This document shows positions 31,201 through 40,428 of a stretch of DNA of 64,000 nucleotides, in pieces. Source of the DNA: Methanobacteriota archaeon (lineage in GTDB: Archaea > Thermoplasmatota > Thermoplasmata > SG8-5 > JAGLSY01); NCBI GenBank assembly GCA_020696385.1, contig JAEHCQ010000004.1:96001-160000 (forward strand), given 5' to 3'. The translations under genes and the position numbers were made by a program. The first letter of the stretch is position 1; the number at the start of each line of letters is the position of its first letter. The notes under the pieces are model-generated. The model saw only the letters and a list, made by a program, of their open reading frames with translations, had not been told where the DNA came from and did not search any database.

Positions 31201-34200
31201 ATAGACTTTGAGGTCCAACCATATTGGCTCCTGCATTTGCGATAGGTGAAACATTATCAAATCCAGCTTCAGAGTCTCTGCTAAGGGGTGATATTTCCAC
31301 ATTGCCAGCATCGTCTGTCGCTATTGTGTAGAATTGGTAGTATCCTTGTCCATTCGGACATCCGAATGCGTAGTTTCCGCTTGCTGATGTTCCAGAAACA
31401 GCAATTGATTGGGATAGTGCCCAGCCACCCCAAGCGATATTATCTGTACTGAACCTGTAATAAAGATTAATATTGCTTAGTCCGTAATTGTCTGTTGCCG
31501 AATATGGAACATTGAATGGGGCGGTCGTAAACCATCCCAGCCATCCACTTCCTGCACTGGAGATCGGATCATATCCGTCTGTGACATTGACCCATATGGT
31601 ATCCGTGTCCGAGTTTCCCACTCCGTCCATCACGGTCAGAGTGATCAATATATTGTCAATATTATTGAAGGTATATGAAGGATTTGATCCATATAATGTC
31701 ACTGGGCCAGCATCCATAAATGTCCATGTGTAATTGGCTATGCCCGTGGTATCGGATGATCCTGAGCCGTCAAGTAGTAGGTTAACCCCTTGTATTATCT
31801 GCTGATCTGATCCAGCATCTGCGATAGGCGGGATCCCATCATATCCAGCTTCTGAGTCTGTGGTCAAAGGTACATCTTCCACATTGCCAGTATCATCAAT
31901 GGCTACTGAATAGAATTGATAATATCCTTCCCCATTGGGAGATGTGAATAGGAAATTACCATTTGCCGCAGTTCCGGAGACTGGTGTTGAACCAAAGAAG
32001 ATCCATCCGGTCCATGTGGCATTGTCCGAGCTATATCTGTAATAGAACATGATATTTCCAAGGTCATAATTGTCTGTGGCAGAATATGGAACATTGAATG
32101 TGGTGGTCGTGAACCACCCCAGCCACCCATTTCCAGCATTGGAAACTGGATCATAACCATCTGTAACATTGACCCATAAGGTATCCGTGTCCCAGTTGCC
32201 AGATGCATCTGAGACATTTAGGGTGACCAGTATATTTCCTATATTGTCAAATAAATAGATGGGATTGACATTGTAAAGGGTGATGGGAATGCCATTATCT
32301 GTGAATGTCCAGACATAGCTATCAATAGCGAAATTATCAGTTGATCCACTCCCATCCAATGATTGGTTCGTTCCCTGTGTGATCTGTAGATCGGCTCCTG
32401 CATCCGCCATAGGAGCAGTACAATCAACAGTAAAGTTGTATACTGGAGTTTGAGTAATGAAGCCAAGAGTATCTATTGCCTCTATCATGTAAGGTACGTT
32501 AATATCAATTCCCAGTGCGGGAATGATATAGTAAAATTCATTGCCAGATGCAAAGATCATGGGTACAGTTATCCAAGTAGCTCCATTATCTATGGAATAA
32601 TATAGTGTGACAGCTCCAATTCCATTCGAATCTGTGACATTTGCAGTGATGGTCACATCCTGAACCCCATTTGGACTTTGAGGCGAGTGGTCTATATCAG
32701 TTATAAATGGAGGGTAATTGGTCACATAGGATAGAGTGGGAGAGATGTCATTGCTTCCCCCTGTGTCAAATACCTTGATATAATAACTCACGGTGGTCTC
32801 TATGTAGGCAGGTGGTATCGCTGAAGCGTAAACTGCATTGGTCGCACTTCCTGATATGAATGCCATTGGTTGTGAATTCCAATTCAAACCACCATCGAAG
32901 GAATACCAAAGTGCGACACTTCCTATTCCAAAATCATCGCTTATGTTTGCGAAGATAACAGGAGAGTCAATCGCACTTGAGGGGCTTGGCACACTGGAAA
33001 GGTCGATGACCATTGGGTTTTGATCAATGGAATAAACATAGAAGGGTGATATGTCCCAATTGCCTGCTACATCAACAGCATTGATATTGTAGAAGACCAT
33101 GGAAACACCTGGGCCTGAGGCTGGTATGGTACCCACCCATGCACTATCACCTGAGCCATCTATGATTATGTCATCCACAAAGAAATCATCAATGGTCGCC
33201 GCTGTACCAATACTTCTGAACCTGAACTGGAAATTGGAATGCATCGCATTGGCAGGCAGAGAATTGATCACATAAGTGTAGGTGTTTTGTAAAATGGATG
33301 CTCCCGGTACTTGCCATAGATTTACCCAAGCATTTGAAGATGTTAAATAATCTAGGAACAGAAAATCATTTGCATCCGGGGCCTCTCCGCCGCCTCCCAT
33401 CTCGTAATAAAAGCTGATGTTCGCATCCGTGTATGTTGATAGATCCATTACCACGGAAGTTAGGATATCATCCGCGCCGTCCATATTAAGTGAATAAGGT
33501 GCCGAAGGTTCGTTCGATCCTATTGCATTTATAACTGGGCTATTCACCATTGATGCCCAGTTTGATGCATCGAGGGTCATGCTCGGGAAGTGTTCCTCGA
33601 ATATTATGGCTGAATTTTGGCCTCCACTCATGGGTGCGCTATTCCATGTCATCATCATATCCATGGAATACCAGAGAGTTGCATTTGCCACCCCGCTGGC
33701 ATCTGTTATATTAATTGATACATCTACGGGATTGGTCGCATTAGGGGATGTCGGATCAATGCTCGGAATTCCGAACACTGGTGGATCCGCATCCACATAA
33801 TAAGAATATTGCGGAGAGGTGGACGAAACACCTTGATTATCGGTTGCTCCAACATAGAAAAGCACAGTTAATGATATCCCAGTGGCCGGTATGAATCCAT
33901 AATACTCATCGCCAACACCATTGGTCATAGGCATATTGAGCCATGTGGCTCCGCCATCTATGGAATAATAGATGAAAGCAGCTTGAATTCCATCAAAATC
34001 TGTTATATCTGCTGTTACATTGACATTGGTAGATCCTCCCGGATTTAGAGGTGTATAGATGACATTGGCAATCACTGGAGGATATCCTGTTTCATAGCTC
34101 TGTGTCACAGAAACATTGCTGTTCCCTGAAAGATCGGATGCGCTCACGTAGTATAAGACCGTGGTAACCATATTGGATGGAGGAATGGTAGCAAGGAACA

Positions 34201-37200
34201 TGGCATCTGTAAGATTGCCAGATTGCATGGCCATTGGCAGTGATGACCAAGACACACCATCAAAGGAATACCACAGGTCTACATTATCTATTTCACCATA
34301 ATCTGATATGTTCGTGAAGACAGGACAGGATATGGTGGCATCAGAGGGATCTGGTATTGAGGTTACATCCAAAATATCTGGTGGTATTGAATCAATAATA
34401 TAACTGTACGTGGGTGAGTTTCCTTGATTACCTATTAGATCTGCAGCACTGACATAATAATATACCTCGGATACACCCAGGCCAGCAGCTGGTATGGTCC
34501 CGATCCATTGATTTTCAGTCTCGATGCAAAAATCATCGATGTACCATCCTTCATAGATAACAGAGATATCTGTATCAACTCTAAATCTCACCCATACGGA
34601 TGGATCTCCAGCGTAGGCCGAGATATCATAGTTATGCTGCTTCCAGTAGTTGTATCCTGAAGATGCAGGCACACTCGTGGCCGGTATCCGATCCAATTGA
34701 TTCCATGTTAATCCATTTGAGGATATCTCCACGTATGCATGATCGTATGTATATCCCTCTATTCTAAGCCAGTCATAGAAGGTTAAGTTAGCCGAGGTAA
34801 CTCCAGATAGATCGATCAGAGGTGACTGAAGCCAGAAATCAGCATAGTTGGCATATGTGTTATCCAGGTCAGTTCCCCAGCAATAAGAACCTGAATAAGC
34901 AGTTCCTGGGCCGTATGTTGGTAGCCCGTGTTGCCATTCATCCATTGCACCACCATGTGTCCATCCATTCAGTGGTTGGCCACCACCACCAGCACTACCA
35001 TATTCCATATCGTCTTCAAATATCGTGCCTACACCTCCTGATGTTCCAACCATCGCAACACTGCTCCATGTTGCCTGATCGTCCATCGAATACCAGAGGG
35101 TTCCATTTGCCACGCCTGTATCATCTGATATTGAAATAGTGACGTCAACTGGAGAGGTTGCATTTGGGTATTGTGGGCTTGTGGCCGGTATTCCGAATGT
35201 TGGTGGGTCTGCGTTTATATCATAGGAGTATGTTGCGGATGTGCCTGTCGTGGTTAAGGTATCTGTTGCCTCAATGTAATAGAACACGGTCAATGTTATC
35301 CCAATTGCCGGGATGACCCCATAATACTCATCGCCAACACTGTTGGTCATAGGGATGTTCAACCAGGTGACGCCTCCGTTGATCGAATAATAAAGGAAAG
35401 CTGAGGCCACACCATTTATGTCTGTTATGTCAGCAGTTACATTGACAGTCGAAATACCACTTGGATTCAGAGGCGAGTGGACAATATTTGCAATAATTGG
35501 TGCTAGATTGGTGTTATAGGTCTGGGTTGCCGATATGGCATTGTTATTGTAAATGTCGAAGGCGCTCACATAGTAATATACAGTTGTCTCGATGCCAGCT
35601 GCCGGGATCGCGGCACCATACATTGCATTGACTATGTTGCCACTGAGGTAGCTCATTGGCTGTGATGCCCAGGTAACTCCGTTATAGGAATACCACAGGA
35701 ATATGTTACCGAGCCCTAGATTATCTGTTATATTGGTGAATACCATGGCCGGAACAAGTGCATTTAAGGGGTCTGGCACACTTGAAACATCCACTATGAC
35801 GGGTGAAATATAATCAATGGAGTAGTTGTAGATGGCTGAATTATTGAAGTTGGCCGCGGCATCCGAGGCATTGACATAGTAGTAAACTATCGGAACACCT
35901 GAGCCGGCGGCCGGGATTGTCCCATACCACATGCCTGATGTCACTTTAACATCATCTATGTACCAGCCCTCGTTTTGTGTAACAGCAGATGTCGACTTGA
36001 AATTGAATCTGACCCGTACATCGCTGTTGCCGCTGAAGGGACTCAGGTCATAGGTTGACTGGTACCAGTCTCTGTATGTATCTCCGGTGAAAGCGTCGCC
36101 CCCCGAAAAGGCGTTACAGGCAGAATACCATGTATCTCCTGTAACCGGGTCAATTTTGGTCCAGGTGGAGTTGTCAGTTGAAACCTCCACTATGCCTCCG
36201 GCCTCGGTGTTATAGAAATCATGGGTGTGCCAGAAGCTGAGCTTCTCGTTGGTAGATCCAGTTGAAAGGTCAAAGGGTGGAGATATGAGATTACTATTGC
36301 TACCGGACATGTAATTGGCATCGAGATCAGTTCCCCATGCCGTGCTTCCGCTGTGGGCCCCGACGATATTCCCGTTTGCGGGGGTTCCGCTCTCCCAAGG
36401 GGTGCTGGCTGACGGATATGTAAGCCTTATGCGAACCTCATTGGATCCGCCGAGGTTGTCAACCTCTGCGCCGTAATCGCACATGATGTCTATTACTCCA
36501 TTGCTTGCCCAGGTATTAATCTGCGCCGCCGTGACCACCCACGAGTGTGTGGGGACCGGCTGCCATGTGAGGGCATTCTGAAAACCTATCTGCCCCCGTC
36601 CGATGTATGTTCCGACCAGGTTCTCGGCCCACACATCTATGTACTCGGTCAATGAGTTAAAATCCCCATTCCTCGCATCAAGATAGATCATTCCGTTTCC
36701 TGTGGCAGGGCTGGTTACAGTGAAGGAATGGGTGGTCGGCTGCGGGTTGCCTGCAAGGAAGTTGATGACCTGGATATTTGATTCGTCGAAATTGCTGGTC
36801 CCACCGGTTCCGACCCATCCGGGAGATCCGGATTCAAAATCATCCTCGAATAATATTCCTGTTGGCCCTCCCACCCCTGTCATTGGGGCGCTGTTCCATG
36901 TCGATTGGTTGTCGAATGAATACCATAGAGTTCCGTTGGTAACTCCAACATTGTCCATGATGGGTATTGAGACATTAACCGGTATTGTCGGGCCCGGGTA
37001 TTGAGGGTCTATGGCCGGGATGTCGAATGTTGGTGGCTCGGTGTCCAATGCGAAAGTTATGATGCCCGAGGTGTTGGTCACTCCGAAATTATCCTGTGCC
37101 CAGATGTAATAGGAAACCGACGGGACTCCAGTTCCCACAGGAGGAATGGTTCCCATCCACTGGCTGCCGCCCATAAATGCCATCGGCACACTTGGCCAGG

Positions 37201-39859
37201 TGGCCCCCCCATTAGTTGAATAATATACGAAGGCCGAGGCGATCCCATCGGGGTCGATTATATCTCCCGTCACATCAATGTTCGTGAAGCCGTTGGGGTT
37301 CTGTGGTGTTTGAATTATATTGGTAATATCAACATCGAAGTTCCTGATCATTATCGGGCTTGACTTCAAGTTGTTGCCAGGAATCACATCCGAGCTAAGG
37401 CCATAGGGGTCTATCCAGGCATAAATAATCATTGCTCCGGGAATCAGGGGCATCCAGGAAATGGATGCTATACTGGTTGAATTTACCAGAACGTTTACAC
37501 TGTCTACACCGATCTCCGTCACTCCCACATCGAGAATGTTGTCACCATTGACATCCGGGTTCTCGTTGAAAAAGTATACGTCAGCCATTGAAGAATCCAA
37601 ATTCCCTACATTCCATATCGAGGCATTTATGTAAAACAGCATTCCATTTGGCACCGGGCTGGAGGGGTCAAATACAATACCTCCCGGCAGCATGGTCAAG
37701 TCTGCGCCATCCATGTTGGCGAAGGACCACACTTCTGACCAGCCCAGGTTAGAGTTGGCTGGAGAGGCGTATCTGGCCATCACTCTCCAATAATAGGTGC
37801 CAGTACTCAAAGCGGCGCCCAGGGTGTAGACATCATTAACTGTTAGGATATCAACTTCTGGAGATGAGAAATCCATGTTGTTGTCAATCTGCAATGCGTA
37901 GTCCACAAGATTGCCGTTTGTGGTGGAATCATGCATATCAAACCATTCAAATGTGGTCACTGCCGGGGCAAGGGAGTTATTTTGTGGTGATATGAGAAGT
38001 GGTATGCTCATTGGAATTGTGGTTGTCGGTATGCCATTTGCGGTAGTCCGTCCTTCACCTTCTCCACCGTCAAAGCCCTGTCCTGGAGAGGTAGGTGCTG
38101 TGCCGCCCAGCCCTCCAGTGGCTTGGATAAATGTAGATTCTGTTATTGATGGAAGGCTTGCCTGAATATCAAGGGTTGCAGCACCGCCATCTCCAACGAA
38201 GCCAGTCAGGGTGCATTGGCCGCCGATGGCGGAATTGGAGCAGCTTCCTCCGGCTCCGCCGTATCCACCGCCTCCGCCACTTTCATCGCCGGTTCCGCCG
38301 GTGCCTCCATCGCCCCCGTTTCCTCCGGTTGCTGTGAATGAATTTACTACTGAAGCGAATTTATTTCCTTCAAGGATTATGCTGCTGCTTCCTCCGCAAC
38401 CCACATAATCTTGGACAACGGTATCTCCGCCGATTCCGGCTCCGGTGTCATGCCCGGCACCGCCACCGCCGCCGTAGCCTCCTCCGCCACCACCTTCTCC
38501 GCCGGTGTAGGGATCATATGGAGTGTCTCCATCTCCCCCATCTCCTGCCTGTCCTCCATTTCCTCCAGAAACAGAAACACTGCACATTGCCATGATGCTC
38601 AGTTGAGAATTGATATTGAACAATGATGTTCCTCCACTACCTACCCAGTCGCTTATAATGCCTCCATCGCCGCCAGTACTGGCCGGGGCAGATCCAAAGG
38701 TGTTCTCGGCACCACCACCGCCACCATAGCCTCCGCCACCGCCGCCGCAAGCATAGCCGCCGTGTCCGCCGTCTCCGGCATCTCCTCCGTTTCCGCCTGA
38801 TAAAAAGGAATTCGTATTCAGCATGATAATTGTGTCTGCACTGTCTAAGGCCAAGGTTGTTGAGCCTCCTCGACCGACATTGCCCGAGACATCTCCTCCT
38901 GGAAGCCCGTAGTACATGATGGCATCCCCACCAGAGTATCCACCTCCACCAGCGCCATTCTGCCCGTATCCGTGTCCTCCGTTACCGGCCTTCCCACCGT
39001 TTCCGCCTTGGGCAAATATATCTGTATCAGTAACTTGAAGTTTGTAGTCGGATGCAAAGAAGCTAATTGAATTTCCACCGGAGCCAACATCACCAGAAAC
39101 ATCGCCGCCATTGTTGTATCCGCCGCCTTTTCCGTGTCCATTGTTGCCACTGCCTCCGTCTGATGCATCGCCGCCGTCTCCACCTTCCACATTCAATATC
39201 GAATTGTCTATGATAAGAGCATTGGCCAGGTTCTGGCACCCTGCGTAAAGCTCGGCCTTCCCTCCGGCAGCCACGATTCCCGATAGGATACCGCCAGTTG
39301 TCCATGCATTGGATACAGCATTGGTGCTTGGAGGAAGGTCATAGCCATCTCCTCCATATATGCCGATTGTGGAGTTTCCAATCTCCATTATATTTGTGGC
39401 GGTTACATTAAACTCAGCAAGCCCGCCATGGCTGGAAGGTTGGGAAAATGCTCCATCGCTTCCCCTCATGAATATCACACCACCATTCTTCACCTCGAAA
39501 TTGCTACAGTAGCCGATAAAAGCCACGCTGCCTGAGTCTACTGGATTGGTCAAAGTAATGTTGCCACCATTCACCTCAACGCTGGAGTCAGCCTGCAAAA
39601 CTATGTTGGTTGCGTCAAAGGTTGCCCCGACTGGAACCACTAAACTTCCAGTTCCGGTAATTATTATGTTATTGTACGTCTCAAAGCCAGCCACCGTGTG
39701 TGTGGTCGAAATTACAAGGTTCGGACCTGTGCCAACCGGATTTGGATTATTTGATCCAGCACTAGCCACACTCACCATTGGAAATAGTGCGGATATTGTC
39801 ATTAATACTACTACAAATATACTCATTGCCCACTTATTACTCTGGTTGTGAATTCTCAT
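28295..39859 (-). CDS. Giant (3854 aa) cell-surface protein
   Basis: Signal peptide, Gly-rich repeats, CARDB-like and Ig-like repeats, jelly-roll domains (GWYIDD), PKD repeats (ADAG..DGSGS..YTWTF), DxDxDG Ca-binding repeats, TM segment, Pro-rich tail and short helical C-terminus. Confidence 0.9.
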   Translation of the reverse strand: MRIHNQSNKWAMSIFVVVLMTISALFPMVSVASAGSNNPNPVGTGPNLVISTTHTVAGFETYNNIIITGTGSLVVPVGATFDATNIVLQADSSVEVNGGNITLTNPVDSGSVAFIGYCSNFEVKNGGVIFMRGSDGAFSQPSSHGGLAEFNVTATNIMEIGNSTIGIYGGDGYDLPPSTNAVSNAWTTGGILSGIVAAGGKAELYAGCQNLANALIIDNSILNVEGGDGGDASDGGSGNNGHGKGGGYNNGGDVSGDVGSGGNSISFFASDYKLQVTDTDIFAQGGNGGKAGNGGHGYGQNGAGGGGYSGGDAIMYYGLPGGDVSGNVGRGGSTTLALDSADTIIMLNTNSFLSGGNGGDAGDGGHGGYACGGGGGGYGGGGGAENTFGSAPASTGGDGGIISDWVGSGGTSLFNINSQLSIMAMCSVSVSGGNGGQAGDGGDGDTPYDPYTGGEGGGGGGYGGGGGAGHDTGAGIGGDTVVQDYVGCGGSSSIILEGNKFASVVNSFTATGGNGGDGGTGGTGDESGGGGGYGGAGGSCSNSAIGGQCTLTGFVGDGGAATLDIQASLPSITESTFIQATGGLGGTAPTSPGQGFDGGEGEGRTTANGIPTTTIPMSIPLLISPQNNSLAPAVTTFEWFDMHDSTTNGNLVDYALQIDNNMDFSSPEVDILTVNDVYTLGAALSTGTYYWRVMARYASPANSNLGWSEVWSFANMDGADLTMLPGGIVFDPSSPVPNGMLFYINASIWNVGNLDSSMADVYFFNENPDVNGDNILDVGVTEIGVDSVNVLVNSTSIASISWMPLIPGAMIIYAWIDPYGLSSDVIPGNNLKSSPIMIRNFDVDITNIIQTPQNPNGFTNIDVTGDIIDPDGIASAFVYYSTNGGATWPSVPMAFMGGSQWMGTIPPVGTGVPSVSYYIWAQDNFGVTNTSGIITFALDTEPPTFDIPAIDPQYPGPTIPVNVSIPIMDNVGVTNGTLWYSFDNQSTWNSAPMTGVGGPTGILFEDDFESGSPGWVGTGGTSNFDESNIQVINFLAGNPQPTTHSFTVTSPATGNGMIYLDARNGDFNSLTEYIDVWAENLVGTYIGRGQIGFQNALTWQPVPTHSWVVTAAQINTWASNGVIDIMCDYGAEVDNLGGSNEVRIRLTYPSASTPWESGTPANGNIVGAHSGSTAWGTDLDANYMSGSNSNLISPPFDLSTGSTNEKLSFWHTHDFYNTEAGGIVEVSTDNSTWTKIDPVTGDTWYSACNAFSGGDAFTGDTYRDWYQSTYDLSPFSGNSDVRVRFNFKSTSAVTQNEGWYIDDVKVTSGMWYGTIPAAGSGVPIVYYYVNASDAAANFNNSAIYNYSIDYISPVIVDVSSVPDPLNALVPAMVFTNITDNLGLGNIFLWYSYNGVTWASQPMSYLSGNIVNAMYGAAIPAAGIETTVYYYVSAFDIYNNNAISATQTYNTNLAPIIANIVHSPLNPSGISTVNVTADITDINGVASAFLYYSINGGVTWLNIPMTNSVGDEYYGVIPAIGITLTVFYYIEATDTLTTTGTSATYSYDINADPPTFGIPATSPQYPNATSPVDVTISISDDTGVANGTLWYSMDDQATWSSVAMVGTSGGVGTIFEDDMEYGSAGGGGQPLNGWTHGGAMDEWQHGLPTYGPGTAYSGSYCWGTDLDNTYANYADFWLQSPLIDLSGVTSANLTFYDWLRIEGYTYDHAYVEISSNGLTWNQLDRIPATSVPASSGYNYWKQHNYDISAYAGDPSVWVRFRVDTDISVIYEGWYIDDFCIETENQWIGTIPAAGLGVSEVYYYVSAADLIGNQGNSPTYSYIIDSIPPDILDVTSIPDPSDATISCPVFTNISDYGEIDNVDLWYSFDGVSWSSLPMAMQSGNLTDAMFLATIPPSNMVTTVLYYVSASDLSGNSNVSVTQSYETGYPPVIANVIYTPLNPGGSTNVNVTADITDFDGIQAAFIYYSIDGGATWLNMPMTNGVGDEYYGFIPATGISLTVLFYVGATDNQGVSSTSPQYSYYVDADPPVFGIPSIDPTSPNATNPVDVSINITDASGVANATLWYSMDMMMTWNSAPMSGGQNSAIIFEEHFPSMTLDASNWASMVNSPVINAIGSNEPSAPYSLNMDGADDILTSVVMDLSTYTDANISFYYEMGGGGEAPDANDFLFLDYLTSSNAWVNLWQVPGASILQNTYTYVINSLPANAMHSNFQFRFRSIGTAATIDDFFVDDIIIDGSGDSAWVGTIPASGPGVSMVFYNINAVDVAGNWDISPFYVYSIDQNPMVIDLSSVPSPSSAIDSPVIFANISDDFGIGSVALWYSFDGGLNWNSQPMAFISGSATNAVYASAIPPAYIETTVSYYIKVFDTGGSNDISPTLSYVTNYPPFITDIDHSPQSPNGVQDVTITANVTDSNGIGAVTLYYSIDNGATWITVPMIFASGNEFYYIIPALGIDINVPYMIEAIDTLGFITQTPVYNFTVDCTAPMADAGADLQITQGTNQSLDGSGSTDNFAIDSYVWTFTDNGIPITLYNVNPIYLFDNIGNILVTLNVSDASGNWDTDTLWVNVTDGYDPVSNAGNGWLGWFTTTTFNVPYSATDNYDLGNIMFYYRYSSDNATWTGWIFFGSTPVSGTAANGNFLFTSPNGEGYYQFYSVAIDDTGNVEDVPLTTDSEAGYDGIPPIADAGSDQQIIQGVNLLLDGSGSSDTTGIANYTWTFMDAGPVTLYGSNPSYTFNNIDNILITLTVMDGVGNSDTDTIWVNVTDGYDPISSAGSGWLGWFTTAPFNVPYSATDNYGLSNINLYYRFSTDNIAWGGWALSQSIAVSGTSASGNYAFGCPNGQGYYQFYTIATDDAGNVEISPLSRDSEAGFDNVSPIANAGANMVGPQSLFVIFDGSGSLDNIGIDNYTWTFTDGGAVTLYGENPSYTFNDISNVMVTLTVTDGMGNSDMDTMWVYVTDGYRPVSNAGNGWLGWFITSSYNVPYSASDNYELSNINLYYRYSANNVTWGGWTPFQSIAIFGTSASGNYAFGCPNGQGYYQFYTIATDSAGNVETSPFTMDSNAGYDSVSPIANAGSDKAGPQSLFVQFDGSGSIDVIGIVNYTWTFTDGGIVRLYGVNPSYTFNNVGNIQVTLTVRDGVGSSDTDTMWVNVTDGIEPVSNAGSGWLGWFTSSPFNVPYLATDNYELSNIDLYYRSSVDNVTWGGWAMFQTLAISGTSANGNFAFTCPDGERYYQFHTVAIDDAGNYENATASKDSDAGYDGTRPVITSIIMSPNSPLNTGTVTFTITFSKSMNQGLQPIVTMGTASPYDDIVISGYWTSMTIWEGNFEILESTTNGRYTLIVSGAEDMVGNIVVPDFLDNFIIDTTAPISQMWDLNTYQTSRTFTLDLDAQDDDGSGISIMKLCYRVDGGAWRLYNTYSSASISISFTAPSDGLYEFYTMATDHAGNEEAMRTDFVQTIVDTITPYVESNAPTGIDVSVTPSIELVFNEPMNKQSIENGFELTDGTNTWTLFSGNAIWSYSNSILLFMPTPALEYNTSYIISIPTSASDIAGNALGGYGWGFITIEGDQQITPVDDTDTDGDGILDIDDPDDDNDRVDDVDDDFPLDPSEDTDTDRDGTGNNEDDDDDNDDMPDTWEEENDLDPLNSNDDDDDDDGDGFTNLEEYEEGTDPQDPDSSPASTSSFNDFLLKYWWVLLLFLLVVLAIILLVSRDRDEDEPQRPMITPAPAIMPQPAPRVQTPIQPQAPPTPPAEVPVPQAEPVPTAQAQIPIQPGELPPPPPPGMPPATPPPEMSAAVPPVVAPVAEPAPIPEATPQPEPEVSAKPKLSDEEMIAKIDKAFADGKISEESYTKNMKKFIK
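30090..32420 (-). repeat. Four tandem ~582-bp intragenic repeats (PKD domain plus GWLGWF Ig-like domain)
   Basis: The GWLGWF block recurs near 30370, 30950, 31535 and 32115 with clear nucleotide similarity; boundaries approximate. Confidence 0.85.
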
Positions 39860-39987
39860 GTCACTTCCCCTCTCGTACTGTGTAGTATATTACATAACTT
39901 GCTTATAAAGTTAACAGTTATTTACAGTAAATACCTGATAGCTAACCTATATTTATGCAATATATTGATACCTTCCAGTGACATTAT

Positions 39988-40023
39988 TTTATGATAATTA
40001 TTTATGATAATTATTTATGATAA
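39988..40023. repeat. 13-bp tandem repeat TTTATGATAATTA (about 2.8 copies)
   Basis: Units at 39988, 40001 and 40014 (partial), upstream of the giant surface-protein gene. Confidence 0.85.
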
Positions 40024-40052
40024 ATGAATATTGAGAAATAACCAATAAAAGA

Positions 40053-40130
40053 TGGTAGCGGGGAGTCGATTTGAACGACTGATCTTCGGGTTATGAGCCC
40101 GACGGGATTTCCTGGCTACCCCACCCCGCT
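40053..40130 (-). tRNA. Initiator tRNA-Met(CAT)
   Basis: A1-U72 pair, GGG/CCC in the anticodon stem, CAT anticodon, encoded CCA. Confidence 0.96.
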
Positions 40131-40294
40131 AAGGTGATAAAAGTAGTATCATCCCGAATGCCCATTCTTTAATAAACCTATCGGCTTTTAAATAATATCA
40201 TTACTGAATTTGCACCACGCCCCAATATCGCAGCCTTAAGGCTTGCGGATAAGGGGCGATAGTCATCTTATTGATGATACTGGTGTAAATTATG

Positions 40295-40369
40295 TAAGGG
40301 CTCAATCCTCTTGCTGTTAAACTAGAAAACAGCAAGGGATGTCCCATTCTTTAGGTTGGGGAGCCCTCA
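40295..40369. mobile_element. Miniature three-way-junction palindromic element, copy A
   Basis: TAAGGGCTC...GGGGAGCCCTCA frame with two internal hairpins; homologous to 61833-61909. Confidence 0.6.
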
Positions 40370-40428
40370 CCAGACAAAATTAAATATCATCATACCATTC
40401 CAAAATTATCTAGATTGGAGTTGAAAAA

